A DNA stretch of 63,454 nt, the filler included, from Octopus bimaculoides (Eukaryota): the NCBI RefSeq assembly GCF_001194135.2. It is 4 parts of 4 records of this genome, joined end to end, with 100 filler letters (N's around TTAATTAATTAA, not from the genome) between each part and the next. Parts side by side here need not be neighbours in the genome. Positions count along the whole stretch, not along the records: positions 1 to 27,683 come from NC_068990.1; 3 more parts are not named here. One strand, 5' to 3'. Position 1 is the stretch's first letter. Each line of letters starts with the position of its first letter. The position numbers and the translations under genes were made by a program. Of the stretch, positions 1 to 14,134 are shown piece by piece. A model generated the notes under the pieces. It did not search any database, was not told the DNA's origin, and was given only the letters and a program-made list of their open reading frames with translations.

Positions 1-349
1 CTCTGTGAAAGTATCTGTCACTACAGTATCGAAATGTGATTGTTTCAGTTAGTGGAATAGTTTCATTTTTAAAGTGAAAGTATTTGACATGAGTGTTTTT
101 GTTTCACTTTTGACACGTAATACTTAAATAGTGGAGGAGATATTATGTTGCCGTGTGCTCGAACTCTGCAAGAAGTTAATAATTTTTTTTGACTAAAACA
201 CAACTGGCACCCTAAGTAAGGCATGTGTAAAATTTGAATGAAATTGGTTGCGTAGTTCTCGAGTTTTAGGGATTCACACAGACAGACAGACAGACAGACA
301 GACACACATTCTCATTTTTATATATATAGATATATATATATATAAATTT

Positions 350-960
350 AAATGCTAGTTATCCTCAGCTGCATAATCTTTTTAGAAACCACTTAATAAG
401 TAAATAATTAAGTACAAGAATGAATATTAATCTAATTCTATGTAATCTTCCCTTTCTAATTTTGAAAATTGGTATATATACACATTACATCTATTCCGGC
501 TATAGCATCATTTTTAGTAATCTTAAGTTTTATCTTTATACATTTCAATATTGTTTATATACAACCCCATGCTAATTTCATCTGTATTAACATCATAGCT
601 TTTATTAGCGTATTGCCCCTTTAACTGGTAATTAACATCTTGATTTGAGGTCATCCCCTATTCAGCCCCTTTATAGACTTTTACTTATACAAATCCTAAA
701 ATCCTGACAATATTTATGACCATACCCAACTATAAACTGTCAACTCACTCCTGCCCTCCAGTCTAAACAGACATAGTCCTCTACTCTTAGATTTGGTAGT
801 TGATAATAAGATTATTAAATTAAAAATGAATCACAATCCTTTACAAGCTACGACCCTAACAAACTTCATACAGTTCTTAGAAGTGTAGTATATTCTTAGC
901 TACATTAGTAGCAACGTGGACTCTATCCCTCTTCTTGCTCTATTAGAAATTTTGAGTAAA
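350..960 (+). pseudogene. Possible highly decayed nad2-like mitochondrial insertion (NUMT)
   Basis: G-poor, C/T-rich + strand. Collinear, frameshifted motifs in the invertebrate mitochondrial code resemble ND2: INL..NLPFL (~430-460), LAYCPFNW (~605-628, cf. LG..PFH.W), SLN..(~760, cf. GLNQT), GL.P..LL..LSK (~917-960, cf. GGLPP..GF..K). Many stops. Judged by eye only. Confidence 0.25.
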
Positions 961-1019
961 ATTATATTAATGTGCCCAACTGATTAAAAATTCTATTTAT
1001 TTATGCAGTTGAGGATAGC

Positions 1020-1185
1020 CTGCATTTAGATTGATATAATGATTGCATTGTTCAATTAAATGGAGTCACTTGAAACAGTCATACTGCATCACCTCTTGAT
1101 ATTCTGTTTCTTATTTTGATTTTATTCACCTTACTTTGAGTTGTACGGATAATGCCACACTGACTTGGTGCTTCAACTTAAGTAC
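1020..1185 (+). pseudogene. Possible decayed cytochrome b-like fragment (NUMT)
   Basis: GAT AAT GCC ACA CTG ACT TGG TGC TTC at 1148-1174 reads DNATLTWCF (cf. cytb DNATLTRFF). Upstream, with frameshifts, A-F..Y....Q, T-V and a TGA(W) occur at about the spacing of cytb [20 protein letters not shown]...W.WGG. Confidence 0.35.
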
Positions 1186-1313
1186 CTAATTCAACTGAAT
1201 CTCAATTATTTCTATATGTCATCATCATCATTTAATGTCCGTTTTCCATGCTGGCATGTGTATATATTTGTGTGTGTGTGTATATATGTATATTTGTGTG
1301 AATATATATGTAT

Positions 1314-1830
1314 ACTTGGAAATGGATGCCTGGTGTTCAATTAAATAATAATAGAAATAATATAGTTATATGCATATATGGGTACAGGATGTCACCAACA
1401 GTAAACAGCATGAATTATGAAAATAAATGGGTTTAATGCGCAATGAATGAGACTAAAAAATGGAAAACAGGACAAGTAACACAACGAACGACTCTTCATC
1501 AGTTGTCGGCTGTCTATCTGCTTCTCGTTTCAAGCCTTGAACAACAATATGAGTCTTCAAAGACAGTTACTCCCATAAATACCAAAATAAAATTTTGGAT
1601 TTATGGAGGGTCAAAGTTGGGAACAAAAATAAGACAGTGGGGACATACAAGAAAACCAAATGAAAACAAATATGGAGGGCTGTTAGACCAGAATGAGAGG
1701 GTAAAGTAGCAAATGCTGGAGAAATATTTTCTTTGAAAAGAGAAAAGAAAGAAGAGAGAGATAGAAGACTTGCAGTCTTTAAGCCATCCTGGAGGAAAAG
1801 AAAGATGGACAATGGTCACGTGTTAGCAAT
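1314..1830. mobile_element. Dispersed repeat, probably a Penelope-like element relic
   Basis: The block tatgcatatatgggtacaggatgtcaccaa...ttcatcagttgtcggctgtctatct recurs at ~45610-45765. The start acttggaaatggatgcctggtgttcaattaaataa recurs at ~44788. The Penelope assignment is inferred from the associated hammerhead-like end. Confidence 0.45.
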
Positions 1831-1984
1831 GAGAGAGAAAAAGAGAAAGAGGGGGAGAGAGAGAGAGACAGATAGAAAACGGTGAAGGGAAGAAAAAGGG
1901 AATTAGAGAAGGATGGGGGAGAAAACAGTATAGAGTCACATGAAAGGAGTTAAGATAAACTTACTTGGAAATGGATGTGTGGTG

Positions 1985-2094
1985 TTAAGTCCCACTGTGT
2001 GGCACCTTGAGCAAGTGTCTTCTACTATAGCCTTGGGCCGACCAAAGCCTTGTGAGTGGATTTGGTAGACGGAAACTGAAAGAAGCCCATCATA

Positions 2095-2173
<79 letters not shown>

Positions 2174-2378
2174 CTGTGTTTGTCGTCCCCTCCCCCCCCC
2201 CACCGTCGCTTGACAACCAATGCTGGTGTGTTTACGTCCCTGTAACTTAGCAGTTCGGCAAAAAGAGACCAATAGGATAAGTACTAGGCTTACAAAGAAT
2301 AAGTCCTGGGGTCGATTTTCTAGACTAAAGGCGGTGCTCCAGCATGGCCGCAGTCAAATGACTGAAACAAGTAAAAGA
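1985..2378 (+). mobile_element. tRNA-headed SINE, family A (5'-truncated) with internal (TA)n/(TG)n
   Basis: ggcaccttgagcaagtgtcttctactatagcc...ggaaactgaaagaagccc, then a microsatellite, then cttgacaacc...ggcggtgctccagcatggccgcagtcaaatgactgaaacaagtaaaaga. At least six other copies occur in the window. Confidence 0.9.
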
Positions 2379-3039
2379 GTATATACACACACATACACAC
2401 ACGGTAGTAATGGAAGACTGTGCAGCAAATTTGCCATTCATGTTGCATCTCTTATTAGTAAGCACATTGAACTCCCTGCTGCATGAACCCATTGCTTACT
2501 ACGAGGTCTGACAAAAGCTATTAATGTAATATAAAGTGTACATCAATAAAGAGAGAAAAAAAGAAGGCAGGAACTTGGTATTCCTTTATTACATATGCAT
2601 AGACATATAAACAGAAAATAATAATAGTAATAAAAATAATATAACATGTTAATAATTCATCCATACACTTATTACTGTGGTCTGTTCAACCATACATGGT
2701 ACTAACAGTAGTGATAATCATCATAGCAATATTACTCATAGTAATGAAATACTTAGAAAATAACTACACATACACACATATACATGCATGTATATATATA
2801 TATTCACATCACATACATACATATACAGATTATATAAATTTATATGAAAATATACTCAAAACATGCACATACTTATGCACTTGTACAGACTCATTATACA
2901 TACATATATATATATATATATATACACACGCACACATACACACACACATGTATAAACATACATTCACTTCATTCCTCCGAAATATATATATGCACACACA
3001 CAAACACACATATGCATACACTCACTTCATATCCTCACA

Positions 3040-3103
<64 letters not shown>

Positions 3104-3551
3104 GTATATATTTATATATATATATACCCACTTCATACACACATACATATATATACATATATATAAACAAAATTAGTTATACAGTAATGGGAATAACTCA
3201 ACCAGCATGCGAATCATCATGTGCATATGCCAGCAAAGAAGGTACCAACAACAGTAACAATGCACAATATTAGTAGTAAAGTAAAACAAAATAATTATAC
3301 GTAATCATATCATTATGATAATCATTACCGCAAAATGATGTTAGTACCATCTGTGGTGGTGTAGGCCCTTGGCAGTTTGTGTGTAGGTAAAGTATTGATA
3401 TTTCATATTATTATTATTATACTATTATTATTTTTCATCTATATGCATATGCATCTGAATGTACATATGTACACACACACACATAAATACAGACACACAC
3501 ACATGAATAAATATATGCATATATATGTATGAATATGCACATGTATGTGTA

Positions 3552-3690
3552 TATCATCATCATCATCATCATCATTGTCATTTAACGTCCGTCTTCCATG
3601 CTGGCATAGGTTGGACAGTTTGACAGGAGCCAGCCAGGTAGAAGACTACACCAGGCTACTGTGTCTGTTTTTGCATGCACAGCTGACACC
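3552..3690 (-). mobile_element. SINE family D 3' end with (GAT)n tail
   Basis: (tca)n tttaacgtccgtcttccatgctggcatag gttggacagtttgac. The same end occurs at ~1219-1258, 27962-28020, 44479 (-) and 28395-28600, 39395-39748 (+). Confidence 0.8.
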
Positions 3691-4663
3691 TGTGTGTATG
3701 TTTGTATGGATTTGCCGACTTGTTACAAATATTAGCTACAATGTGTGTGTTTGCCGGTGTGCATGAGAACATACTAGATCTACATATGTGCATATGTGAT
3801 TACATATGTATATGTTTGGGTGTATGCACTTGTGTGTGTGTGTATATATATTTGTGTGTGTGTGTTCATATACAAATGAGGATGTGTGTCTATATGTATA
3901 GAGACATAGGTGTATGTGTGTACCTGTACACTTTTGTATGTGTGTATGTGGATATATCTATTACAATGCATAGTATGGCAATTTATAACCCCTTCCACAA
4001 TTCCACTTCTGCCTGCCTATCTAGATACAGTATCTATTTACATATCTAGCTTTCTTCTTGACCTATGTCTCCACCTTCCTTTTGATAACTGACCCCACAT
4101 TGTTATCTATATCATTATACACTTGTGATTTTGTAGGCGTAAATCCCTTCTCACCTGCCCCTGTTCCTTGTTTCTTCTGACCTTATCTCTATTAGTTATT
4201 TATATACGATGACTATGTGTTTGTGACTTGCATTTCATCTCTGCCTGAGGACATGTTTGATTTGGTTATGTATACTGCACTTATAAGTTGCATACATCTT
4301 ACAGTTTTAATAAAAGAATACCAAGTTCATGCCCATATCTATACACACATACATACATACATACATACATACATGCATACATACATACGTACATACGTAT
4401 GTTGTATATATGAAGGTATATATCTGTGTGTGTGTGTTTTTATGTTTGCCCAATTTCCTTCTGATAAAGGAAGCCAAACTTATAATAATATCTTTATGTG
4501 ACTTATTTACTGGTTGCATACCATCTTCTAATTATGAACATTATAATTATTAATTAATCCAGAGCTTTGTGAAACCGCTGTTGAGTTAAATTATGTATTC
4601 TCTTCTTATTATCCTGTATTTTGTATGCTCTATGTAAATATATTTGTTTATATATAAGTACAT

Positions 4664-4694
<31 letters not shown>

Positions 4695-5450
4695 TTTTAC
4701 AGACAAGAAAATAATATTTCAAACACAGTATAGATTGGGTATTTTGCCCTTTACACATATACAACCACACATAACGTTGGGCAACATAATGAAATACATG
4801 AAGTAAACTTGAACAGAAAACTCTTCAGTTACACTGAAGAGTTTATTTTTTAATCAAAGTAGTTTAAAAGAATTTAGTATGACGACACTGAATATAGAAA
4901 TTGTTGATGAATTAGATTGTTTTTTACTTCAGTGAATAAAAATGAAGTTATGCACATATATATATATATATATATATATATTCTGAATAAGGAGCTCTTG
5001 AGAAATATCTTAATCATTGTTTCAAAATTTCAATGAATGTTTCTTATATCAATAATGGAAATATTCTCTATTAAGCAAATATTCTAGAATTGGTGAATTG
5101 ATGTGAATATCTAAAATTTTTGAATCAAATCATACTGAATTAGTAATTAATTTTTTTTTTTTTAATTTTGTATTAGAAATAGCTTTTGGTGTAGTTCATT
5201 CTATATAAATGAAATTTAAGTATACATCTGGGAAATTAAATCAATCAACTATTTAACATGATTAAAAAATTTCACTATTTTATTCATTTCTAACTAATAA
5301 GTTTGTTTTGTTCACCCATATTAAAAAGTTTGCTGTATAGTTTTTATAAAGTGTAACCTTGCAGTTTATTCCTTTCTTAATTAATTTTTTGCAAAGATTA
5401 TTTTAACAATATTTTAACACATTTTTAGGAATTAAAAATATAAATAGAGA

Positions 5451-5451
<1 letters not shown>

Positions 5452-5539
<88 letters not shown>
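5452..5539. repeat. Perfect (TG)n microsatellite, about 44 units
   Basis: Read directly from the sequence. Confidence 0.98.
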
Positions 5540-5540
<1 letters not shown>

Positions 5541-5599
5541 ATGAATGTGACTTGTGGTATCAGGCAACAAAACTGCAGCCCAGGTATAGCTTGAACTGC

Positions 5600-6900
5600 A
5601 CCCTCTTAACCAGTCTATCTTCCAATAGTTTAGCTTTTAAGATCATATATTTTCATCTGCTTGTTCTGATGATGGTGATAGGCCTTTGGCTATTTTTTGT
5701 GCAAGGTATGCCCCTCAAGATCTGCCCAGATCAGTAAAAACAACCTCTCTTTGTAAAACTTTTAGCTGGGACAATCTTGCTACTAAATCAGATGTTTAGG
5801 TCTTTCCCTAAACATGACTGATTGCTTGTCTGAGGAGAGGCCATATATTGCACATCACTCAGTGAAAGGTACTATCTACACAGCCATTGGACATCAGAAC
5901 TCTGAGAATATATCAAAGACTAGCCAGCACACAACCACTCCAAGGACAGTGATGAAGAGTAGACAAACTTTAAAACATCATCCAAGAAGCAGTTGAGAAC
6001 ACTATTCATTTCATGAAAAGGAAGAGCCAGGATTGGTTTGATGAAAACAACAGAGGAATCCCCAAATTCATCAATGCTAAGTGTTGTTTGCCTCTTGCTT
6101 GAGCCAGACCCAACCTCAAACGAAAAAAATAAAAAATAAACAATTTTAAGATCTCAACCGGCTATATCATGGTTGAATCAGAGAGATTCAAAACAACTGC
6201 TGGATAGAAAAGGCTATTAAACTTCAATTGTATGCAGATACCGGGGACCTTAAAAATTTCTATGCCTGTACCACAGAACTGTATGCCCTCACCCAGGCTT
6301 CAACAAGTACTTTGAAGACTGCCAACAACACTTACATTCTTACTGACAGTCAAAACATATTGAACTGCTGGAAGGAACATTTCAGCACTCTACTCAATTG
6401 GACCTCCACTACAGCTGCAGATTTTTCTTAGAATAGTGCCTCCCCTTCTGCCTCAACCATGGATATTGAACCCTTCATCTTTTCATTTATTCAGAGTTGC
6501 CATGAAAAAGATACAACTATAAAATCACTTGGTTCTGACAACATCCCGTTGGAACTCATCCAAAATGGTGGCCAGTTTTTTTAAGAACAAAGCTATTTTA
6601 CCTCTTCCTATTTCACCCAAATACTACCTGCAAATCTAAAGAATTCTCTAATCGTTATAATCTTTAAGAAAATAGAGAGCAGTATTTGTAGCAACTGCCA
6701 TGACATATTCCTCCTCTCTTTTCTAAGGAAAATCTTTATGAGAATACTGCTCAACTATTTGTTGGTTGTCATGAAGAAACTGTTGCAAGGATTTCAGTGT
6801 GGGTTTCAAGCCTCTGGAACAATTGATAGGATATCCTGTAAAAGACAACTACAGGAAAAATGCAGAGCTCTTGCTGGTCTTTTATGATCCTAACAAATGA
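5600..6900 (+). mobile_element. Decayed RTE-clade LINE ORF2 (endonuclease end, linker, start of RT)
   Basis: Frameshifted peptides: YAP (~5708), RKSQDWFDENN (~6018), YADTGDLKNFY...LTDSQNILNCWKEHFSTLLN (6228-6400), SDNIPLELIQNGG (~6535), FQCGFQASGTIDRISCKRQLQEKCR (~6792-6867). These match the RTE/BovB-type pattern QDWFDEN, W.EHF..LLN, QCGFR..R.T.DM....QLQEKC. Confidence 0.85.
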
Positions 6901-7612
6901 TGCAGCTGAGTATACCCTCTACTGGAAAAGGTAGAGATGATCAAAACACTATGTGACAGTAGAAGCTTCACTGCTGTGGGTCACCGGTTTGGTGCTGGTG
7001 TTCCATTTAAAAAGTGTGTGAAAATAATTCATTTATCAGATTCCTTTATCACTGTTTTTTCTACCTTTTTTCTTTATGAATTAGACCCCACTTGATGAAA
7101 CAAAAATAGATGTATTGCAGTCAAAAACAGATTAATTATACTATGTATTTTTACATCATAATCTTGGCTCCAGAGTATTTAATTTACTATTATACTACAA
7201 GCAAATTTCATTAAGTATTATCATTTCTGATATGAAAACATTTGTAAATGTTTTCTATTAGTAAAACACTTTTTTTATCACATTTCAGTAGATGTGTCAT
7301 AAAGCTCAAAACCTCTTTCTGGGGGATGAACATATATAGTCAATGGAATCAATATATTATGGATACTTATTTTATCAATCTCCTAATGATCAAAAGCAAA
7401 ATTGATCCAGTGGGATTTTAAATCAGAATATAGAATAATGTATTTAATGATATCTACATTTTAAAAATTCAAATTAACAAACATTTCGTATATTACTCAT
7501 GTTTTTTTCCTGATTTTATCCTCATTCTGTAGCCAATCATTCCACAGCTCTGTCACCAAATGTATGCGTATCGCTATCATGCTGGGTTGGGTTATTATTA
7601 TTATTATAATTA

Positions 7613-7649
<37 letters not shown>

Positions 7650-8199
7650 AGTTGCTGCACTTGATAATATTTCAAAAAACAATCTTTTACAACTTTTGTC
7701 TATTTAGTTTTGAATTATACCATAAATGTAACCCTTTTGTTAGGCTTTTTTTTGTTAGTCTAAGAAATGTTTAGCTTAACTTCTGACTAAACAATAAAAT
7801 CTAGCTCTTTCCTATAAAAGATAAATACTTCTAGTCGATCATGCAGTTATCAGAAATGGATATACATGCATGTTCTTCATAAATTCTAGTACTTCTTGGA
7901 GCACTAGTCACTGTCTTGTACCTAGGGAATATAGAAACTGATATACTTTATGGCTCTGAGATAGTGATAAGAGTTAAGAAAGTTTCAAAGGGGATTTCAT
8001 TGAATAAATGGAAGGTACATTGGAGACAAAATGGGCAGATTAGCAAAGTTAGATGAAATACTTTGCAACTAAAATATGTGGTCTGATTTAGACAGAGTGA
8101 AAAACTGTAGACAATTTATTGATGGCCATTTTGTAGATTTATTGAACAATCTCTTGCCACTACTGTAAAGAGTTATTTTTTCCAGAGGTTTTAGGATAT

Positions 8200-8830
8200 T
8201 TTCTTTCCATATTTTATAGTATGCTCTATGTTCCCCAAAGACAGGAAATCATCTTTGGTGATGTGGAAGATTTACAGAAACATATCTCAGAGAAGAGTCT
8301 TTGTCATTCATTTAGCTGTCTCTGATAGATTGGGGTTGAAACACATTTGCTGCCAGTTGTGGTCTCCATGGAATATGGAGGGATGTGATTAATATGCCAA
8401 CAAATGACGGATTGATCAGTTGGATTAGTGAATGCATTTTGATGGTGTCTTGAATTCTGACTGGGTTTGAAAGTGAAGAAACAGCTGTGAGTGTTTGTAG
8501 AGTTGGTCAGGAGCACAAATAGGAGTGGAAATTAGCTAATGTAAAATAATCAGAATGGTATATTTTTAGTTTCTGCACCAAATGCATCTGAATGGGTGGA
8601 GTGAAAATTTTGCTTTTTTTTTTTTTTTATATTGAAGTCATTAGACATGATGATTTTAGTAAATATAGAAATGTGATGTTTGTCCTTATTACCAAATGAG
8701 AAATGCTAAAACAGCTGCTGAATGCTGGATAAATGCAGTGAGTAGTAAAATTAGCAAATGAACTTAAATGAATTAGAAAATGAGATGTTCAGTTTGAGCA
8801 ACTTGTTTTATGTTGGCTACATAAGAGTGA
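8200..8830 (-). mobile_element. Very decayed CR1/Jockey-like LINE, endonuclease region
   Basis: Minus-strand remnants IIMSNDFN (cf. GDFN), LLFVLLTNS...SQNSRHH (cf. LDLFLT....GxSDH), then CWH and FPW-like segments, in the expected order. Confidence 0.4.
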
Positions 8831-10555
8831 AATCTAGAGAGTTTTTTTTACTTTTTTAAAAGTTGGAATAGTGTAACTATAGATAGTTGAAAATATAGTG
8901 TGAGATCCTTGTCTCAAAAATGAAGATGTGTGTTAATTGTGTCCTTGTAGCTCTAAGATAGATATGGTCTGGCAGACTTAATTCACTGATAAGATGCAAC
9001 CCGTTGATCTGTTTTCTAGATAAGTTATATTTCCTCTTAACTGAGGAACATACTGCACATGTTTGGTGTTTGTATGGGGAGTGGTGTGGTAGTGTGTACA
9101 GTGTGTCTCTTTATTGTCCAATTGTATTTCTGTACACTTATAGATTTTGGTGGTTCACCATTGAGAAAGTGGACAAGATGAACTTAGAATGCAACAACTG
9201 TTGTTCATATGAAAGTATTGATTGTCTTTGTCATAACATAGGGCTAAAGAGGTTATAGATGCTGCAACTATTTTCGTGTGTATATGCTTGTCTAGGTTGA
9301 GTGAAAGATATAATACTCTCAGGACAGTTTTAGCAGGTTTTGTAATTGTTGAACTTTATTGTCTAATATTTTTCTTTTGTTGTTTAGGTGGTCAATGGGT
9401 ATAAGGTGTGAGCAAAGACTATGAATAGCCAAAGATCTTGTCTAACTTTTGTTTATATTCTTGATCATATTCACTAGCTGTTAAATTTTTACTTTATAGG
9501 AATTTGAAAGGAAAACTAAAACTTTTGCTTTGTTAATTAACCATTCCTTTTCTCACTCCACCAGTGAAAAGAACCAATTGAAAGTAATTAACTTCATGAA
9601 GACCTAATGTAATTCTGTTTGCTGGGGGATGGGGGGGGGGCTCTGTCACAGACTAGTAAAATATTAATATTCATATGTTTAATTTAACAAGGAAAATATT
9701 TAGTATAGTTGTTTATCCACACATATTTGGCCAAAAAATATGATCTGCACTAAACTTCCTATTTTATGATGAAAATATTGTATAATGTAGATTTTATTTG
9801 AATTTTGCTCTTCAGATGGTAATGATTCCTTTTATTAGATATAAGCATGAAAATAGATTTTTAAAAGAAAGAAAAAATTTTAAAATTAGATTTTGTTATA
9901 ATTATCAGTTTTTAAATAAAAAAATTTTTTAAATATATATTTGCCATTCCTATTTTAATTATGTTTAAGACTCAGTATCTATTTCCTTTTCTTATAAGGA
10001 AAGTAGTTTACTTTGTTTTATATGTTTTGGGTTTCAAAATATTTATTTTTATAGCAATTATATCTCTGAATAAAAGCAAATTACAAAACTGACTTTCAAC
10101 TCACTCTTTCCTCTTCTTGAGTGCTAATTAAGCAGTTTAGTTTTATATTCCTTTCAATTGCCAAGTGCTGCACCCACTTTTCCATTGACCTATATTAGCT
10201 ATGCTTCCTAATCAACACATCCCATTCTTAACATCTTTAGTTCCCTGATTGCAAAAGAATACCCTTTCTTTATTTGTTATTTTCCTTCTAAGCTTTTCTT
10301 GAGTAACAATAGACTTATTTCTCTGCAAATAATAAAAATCAAAATAAAAAATCTGACTTTTGTTTTTCCTCTTCACAACATAACATGGGATATGCTGAAA
10401 GATAGGTAAACCTTTAATGAGCTCATTCAGTGTTCTTGTTAAAGATACCAAACTTGAATAAAACAAATTGCATACATTGATTTGATTTCATTCAATATGA
10501 CAACTGCTACAAACACCACTGTTTTCTATTACTAAATACAAACAAACTGCTGCTG

Positions 10556-10605
<50 letters not shown>

Positions 10606-10649
10606 GAAATAAAAATTATTTTTCTCCTCTACCCGAATGCTGCTACTGC

Positions 10650-11700
10650 TTCTTCTTCTTCTTTTATTATTATTTCTTCAACAGTTTTATATGAGTTTCT
10701 ACTCTATTACCACCACCAGGTGCACCTCTCTATTCCTGAGGTGTATACAGCATTGTCTTTTTAGAATGTAGAATTGTGTTTGGATACTACATCAATTAAC
10801 ATTGTTTGAATTTGGTTAAGTTGTTTCTGGTTCTATTTTAGTATTTCGACTGTGATGTAGATGTGTAATGCAAGTTGTATTATTTGGTTGGATGATGTTT
10901 GTGTTTTATACACTCTGTGGGTTGTCTTATTTAACATCTTGTACAGAATGTGAGTTATAGAAGCTGCTGGTGCTACAGTATTGGATATTGATTCTATAAG
11001 AATACGTGTTATTTTATTGAATGATGATCCTTTAGAATATGTGTTGTGTTATATTGTTTGGTGGTAATTCTTTTGAGCCTATGTTGTGTGAGCTCTGTTA
11101 TTTTACTGGATGGTTATTGTATAGGGTATGTGTTGTGTGCAGAGGGCATAATGTTTGTGCTGTGCTATTGAATTGAAAGGGATGTAGCCTGTACTTGGGA
11201 CTTGAAGTTCTCATTTGGACTGTGTGTAATTTTGTGAACTTTACTATGATTTGTATAACTTTGTTCATTACCTTTTTTTACTATACCTAGTTCTCCAATT
11301 ATTATCAATACTAGTTCTCTTTTTCATGCTTTCCATCCTTCTTATTTCAATTTCAATATCTTTAACACTTTCTCCACCTTCTTTTGGGTAATATTCTGGT
11401 CAGAAGGGATCAAGATGTCCATCGCATTAACGTTTTCATTCCATTTCTTACCAATTATATCTGGAAGGGTTGCTTAGATCTCTTTCTTGGTCTGTACAGG
11501 CATGTCCCAAATGATTTTGGCCACATACTGTGTCTGATACATGTTTAAAACATTTTTTATCTGCTTTCCCATCCGAGTCATTTTATTGCCCAATGGACAT
11601 AGTTTTTGACCTGATCATGGTGGTAATTATATCTGAACTTGGTGATGACAGATCAACCAGGCAGTAATACTTCCATCTGACAGTAATACTTCCATACTCT
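10650..11700 (-). mobile_element. 3' part of an R4/Dong-like non-LTR retrotransposon with restriction-like endonuclease (decayed)
   Basis: Minus strand 11640-11270: YHHDQVKNYVHW, KIIWDMPVQTKKEI*ATLPDII...MDILIPSDQNITQKKVEKV, DIEIEIRRM, LIIIGELGIV. This follows the RHD..HW / WD..IQTD..I..NRPD / K..EK..KY.DL..EI / GALG pattern of REL-endonuclease LINEs. A simple-repeat tail lies near 10650-10680. Confidence 0.75.
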
Positions 11701-12649
11701 GTACATGATATTAATTAGCATCTTATTTATGGCCAGGGATTGGTCCTATGCAGCTGAAATCATACATGCTTCTGTTTTTAGCTTCTAAATGCTTGAGCCA
11801 TTGTTGGCTTTCTCTCTAGCATATTTCCTTTTTATCAAGTTCTGTGGAATATTGGCTATGGAGTGGTTTTTATCTCCATTTTTTCTTCAGTCATCTACAT
11901 TGTTTTAACATCTGCTTTTCCATGCTTGCATGGATCAAACAAAATTCCCTGAAGCAGATATTCTATGAGTGAATGCTCTTAATAGCACCAAGTCTCACCT
12001 GTTTCTAAGCAAGAAAATATTCGATTTTTAATAAAATCACATTTTATTGTGTATTTAAAATTGCTGACATTTATTTTATGAAGAAGACACAAATAATAAA
12101 AAGTCAGGCAAAAATTTTCTTTCTATATTGCTTTGTTAAGCAAGTACTACTAATACACTGGAATGTCATATCACTCATGACTCTATGTAGGTAACTACTT
12201 GATATTTGTTTTATGGAAAAACAAAAACATTAAATTGGAGAATGATGGGTGAAAGTTGCTTATTATATTTTGAAATCATCAACAAAATTGTAATTTTACA
12301 GTATGTATATATGACAACTATAAAACAAATTAATACATGACCACTGACTGATGTGCAAGCCTAATGGTAAAAATTTCTTTGGTGGTAAAGTATACATAAA
12401 TTTGACCGCTATCAAAAGAACCTATACAGAAGCTAAATATATTTTTTATCCCGATGATGAAACTGTGAAGGTTCAGAAACCTTGATTATGAATCTAGAAA
12501 TATTATTATTCCTAACAACCTGCAGAAACATATACAGAAATATGAAAACGATAATACTGGAACATAGTTGTTTTCTATAAAATGTAAAAGAGAAAAACTG
12601 TTTCCCATAAATACAAATCTATATGTTTCCATATATCGTATTTCATTTA

Positions 12650-12765
12650 TAAGATATTGGTCAACTCAAGGCTGTGAACTTCAGTTTGAGGTTCTGTGCA
12701 CTGGGATTGAACCTGGCATTATGTGGTTGCAAAACAAACCTCTTTGACATACAGCTATTCTGTAC
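12650..12765 (-). mobile_element. Degenerate SINE family A head
   Basis: ctgggattgaacctggcattatgtggttgcaaaacaaacc is the reverse of the family A tRNA-like head. Confidence 0.55.
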
Positions 12766-14134
12766 TAGTATATATATATGCCCATGTATATAGATATACC
12801 TGTGTATATATACACATGTTGTGTGTATATATACTTTTAGATTGTGTATTTTCTATTATGTCTTTATTTACTTAAATCCTTTGTCTTTGCTAATATATTT
12901 ATATGTTTATAATTGTTGCCAGTGTCAGACAAACTTCCTTGCCATATTTCTAGATTAAATCCTGCTGAGGGTTAGCTTGGTCAGTAACATTAAAATACCA
13001 GTCAAGCACTGGAGTTTATGGTATCAGCTAACTCCCTCCTCTCAAAAGTCATTGGTCTTATGTTTAATTCAGAAACAAACATTATTTTAAAACGTTAAGG
13101 GAGTGGGGTGCAAAAAAAAAAAAAACAGCAGAAATCTCTGCAGTACTTCTATGCATTGATCTGAAATTTCACTAGGGTCAATTATACATTTCATCCTTCC
13201 AGAATCAATGAAATAAGCAGCAGTTGAGTCTTGAAATTGATTTAATCAACTACTACTATTTTAATAACTCTTTTAAAATATGTGGGTGTTTTTTTGTGTT
13301 TTGGTATTATTGGTATTATTTTTATTTTGAAAAGAGTAATAAAAGGTGGGTAAAAAGCAGAGTGGCATACAGTGTCTAGAGTCATCTCTATACGTGCAGA
13401 GTTCAAATACCATTGGCATCAATTTTGTCTTTTATTCTTCTTACTGGCAATAAAATAAGCACCAAAACTGATTCAGTGAGCTACACCCCTTCCTTACAAT
13501 TGTTAAACCTTGTTCCATTCAGAGAAGTAAGTTATCTTGAAATTTCCCTTTTTAAAATAATAATCTTGACCTTTTTTTAAAGATATTAAACTAATCATAA
13601 CCTGAAAATTTCAAATTATAATTGTCTACAAAACCAATGAAATTTATTGGTAAAGATTTTATAGAATCTCATCTTTTTTGCTGTAAACATGTTCAAAACA
13701 ATTTGACAAGTAATTGATTTAATTATCATTCTTAATATAATGCAAGTTCAAATAGAGTTTTTTTTTTTTTTGACTCATTTCTTTTTAAGTATGAAAACAA
13801 CTAAATTGGTATAAAAAATCATTTAATTCATTAATAACAAATGGTGATAATTTGCAGCAAGATTAGTTCTTTTTAAACATTTTCTGTTCCTTATCAGTTC
13901 TCACTCTACGGCTTATAGCAGAACACTCATAATATTGGTCATAAAATAATAATTACTATAATATACTATATGCAATAAAATATTTAGACATATCTTTAAA
14001 CATTCTGTTTTATTCAGTTTAATGAGGGTTAGAAGGATATAAGGTAATGTTGACCAAATTAGGATTTGAATAACATAAACAATACATGTTAGATGTATGC
14101 ATAGCTGAGTGTTAAGGAATTTACTTTTCAACCA

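Noticed and set aside
1490-1512. CTGATGA (minus strand) here and at ~45720 as hammerhead cores
   Set aside because: There is no helix II followed by GAAA downstream in either copy.
9360-9412. Possible 18-nt microexon (tttag|GTGGTCAATGGGTATAAG|gtgtga) of dve
   Set aside because: The donor is weak and the peptide VVNGYK has no recognisable Dve/SATB match.
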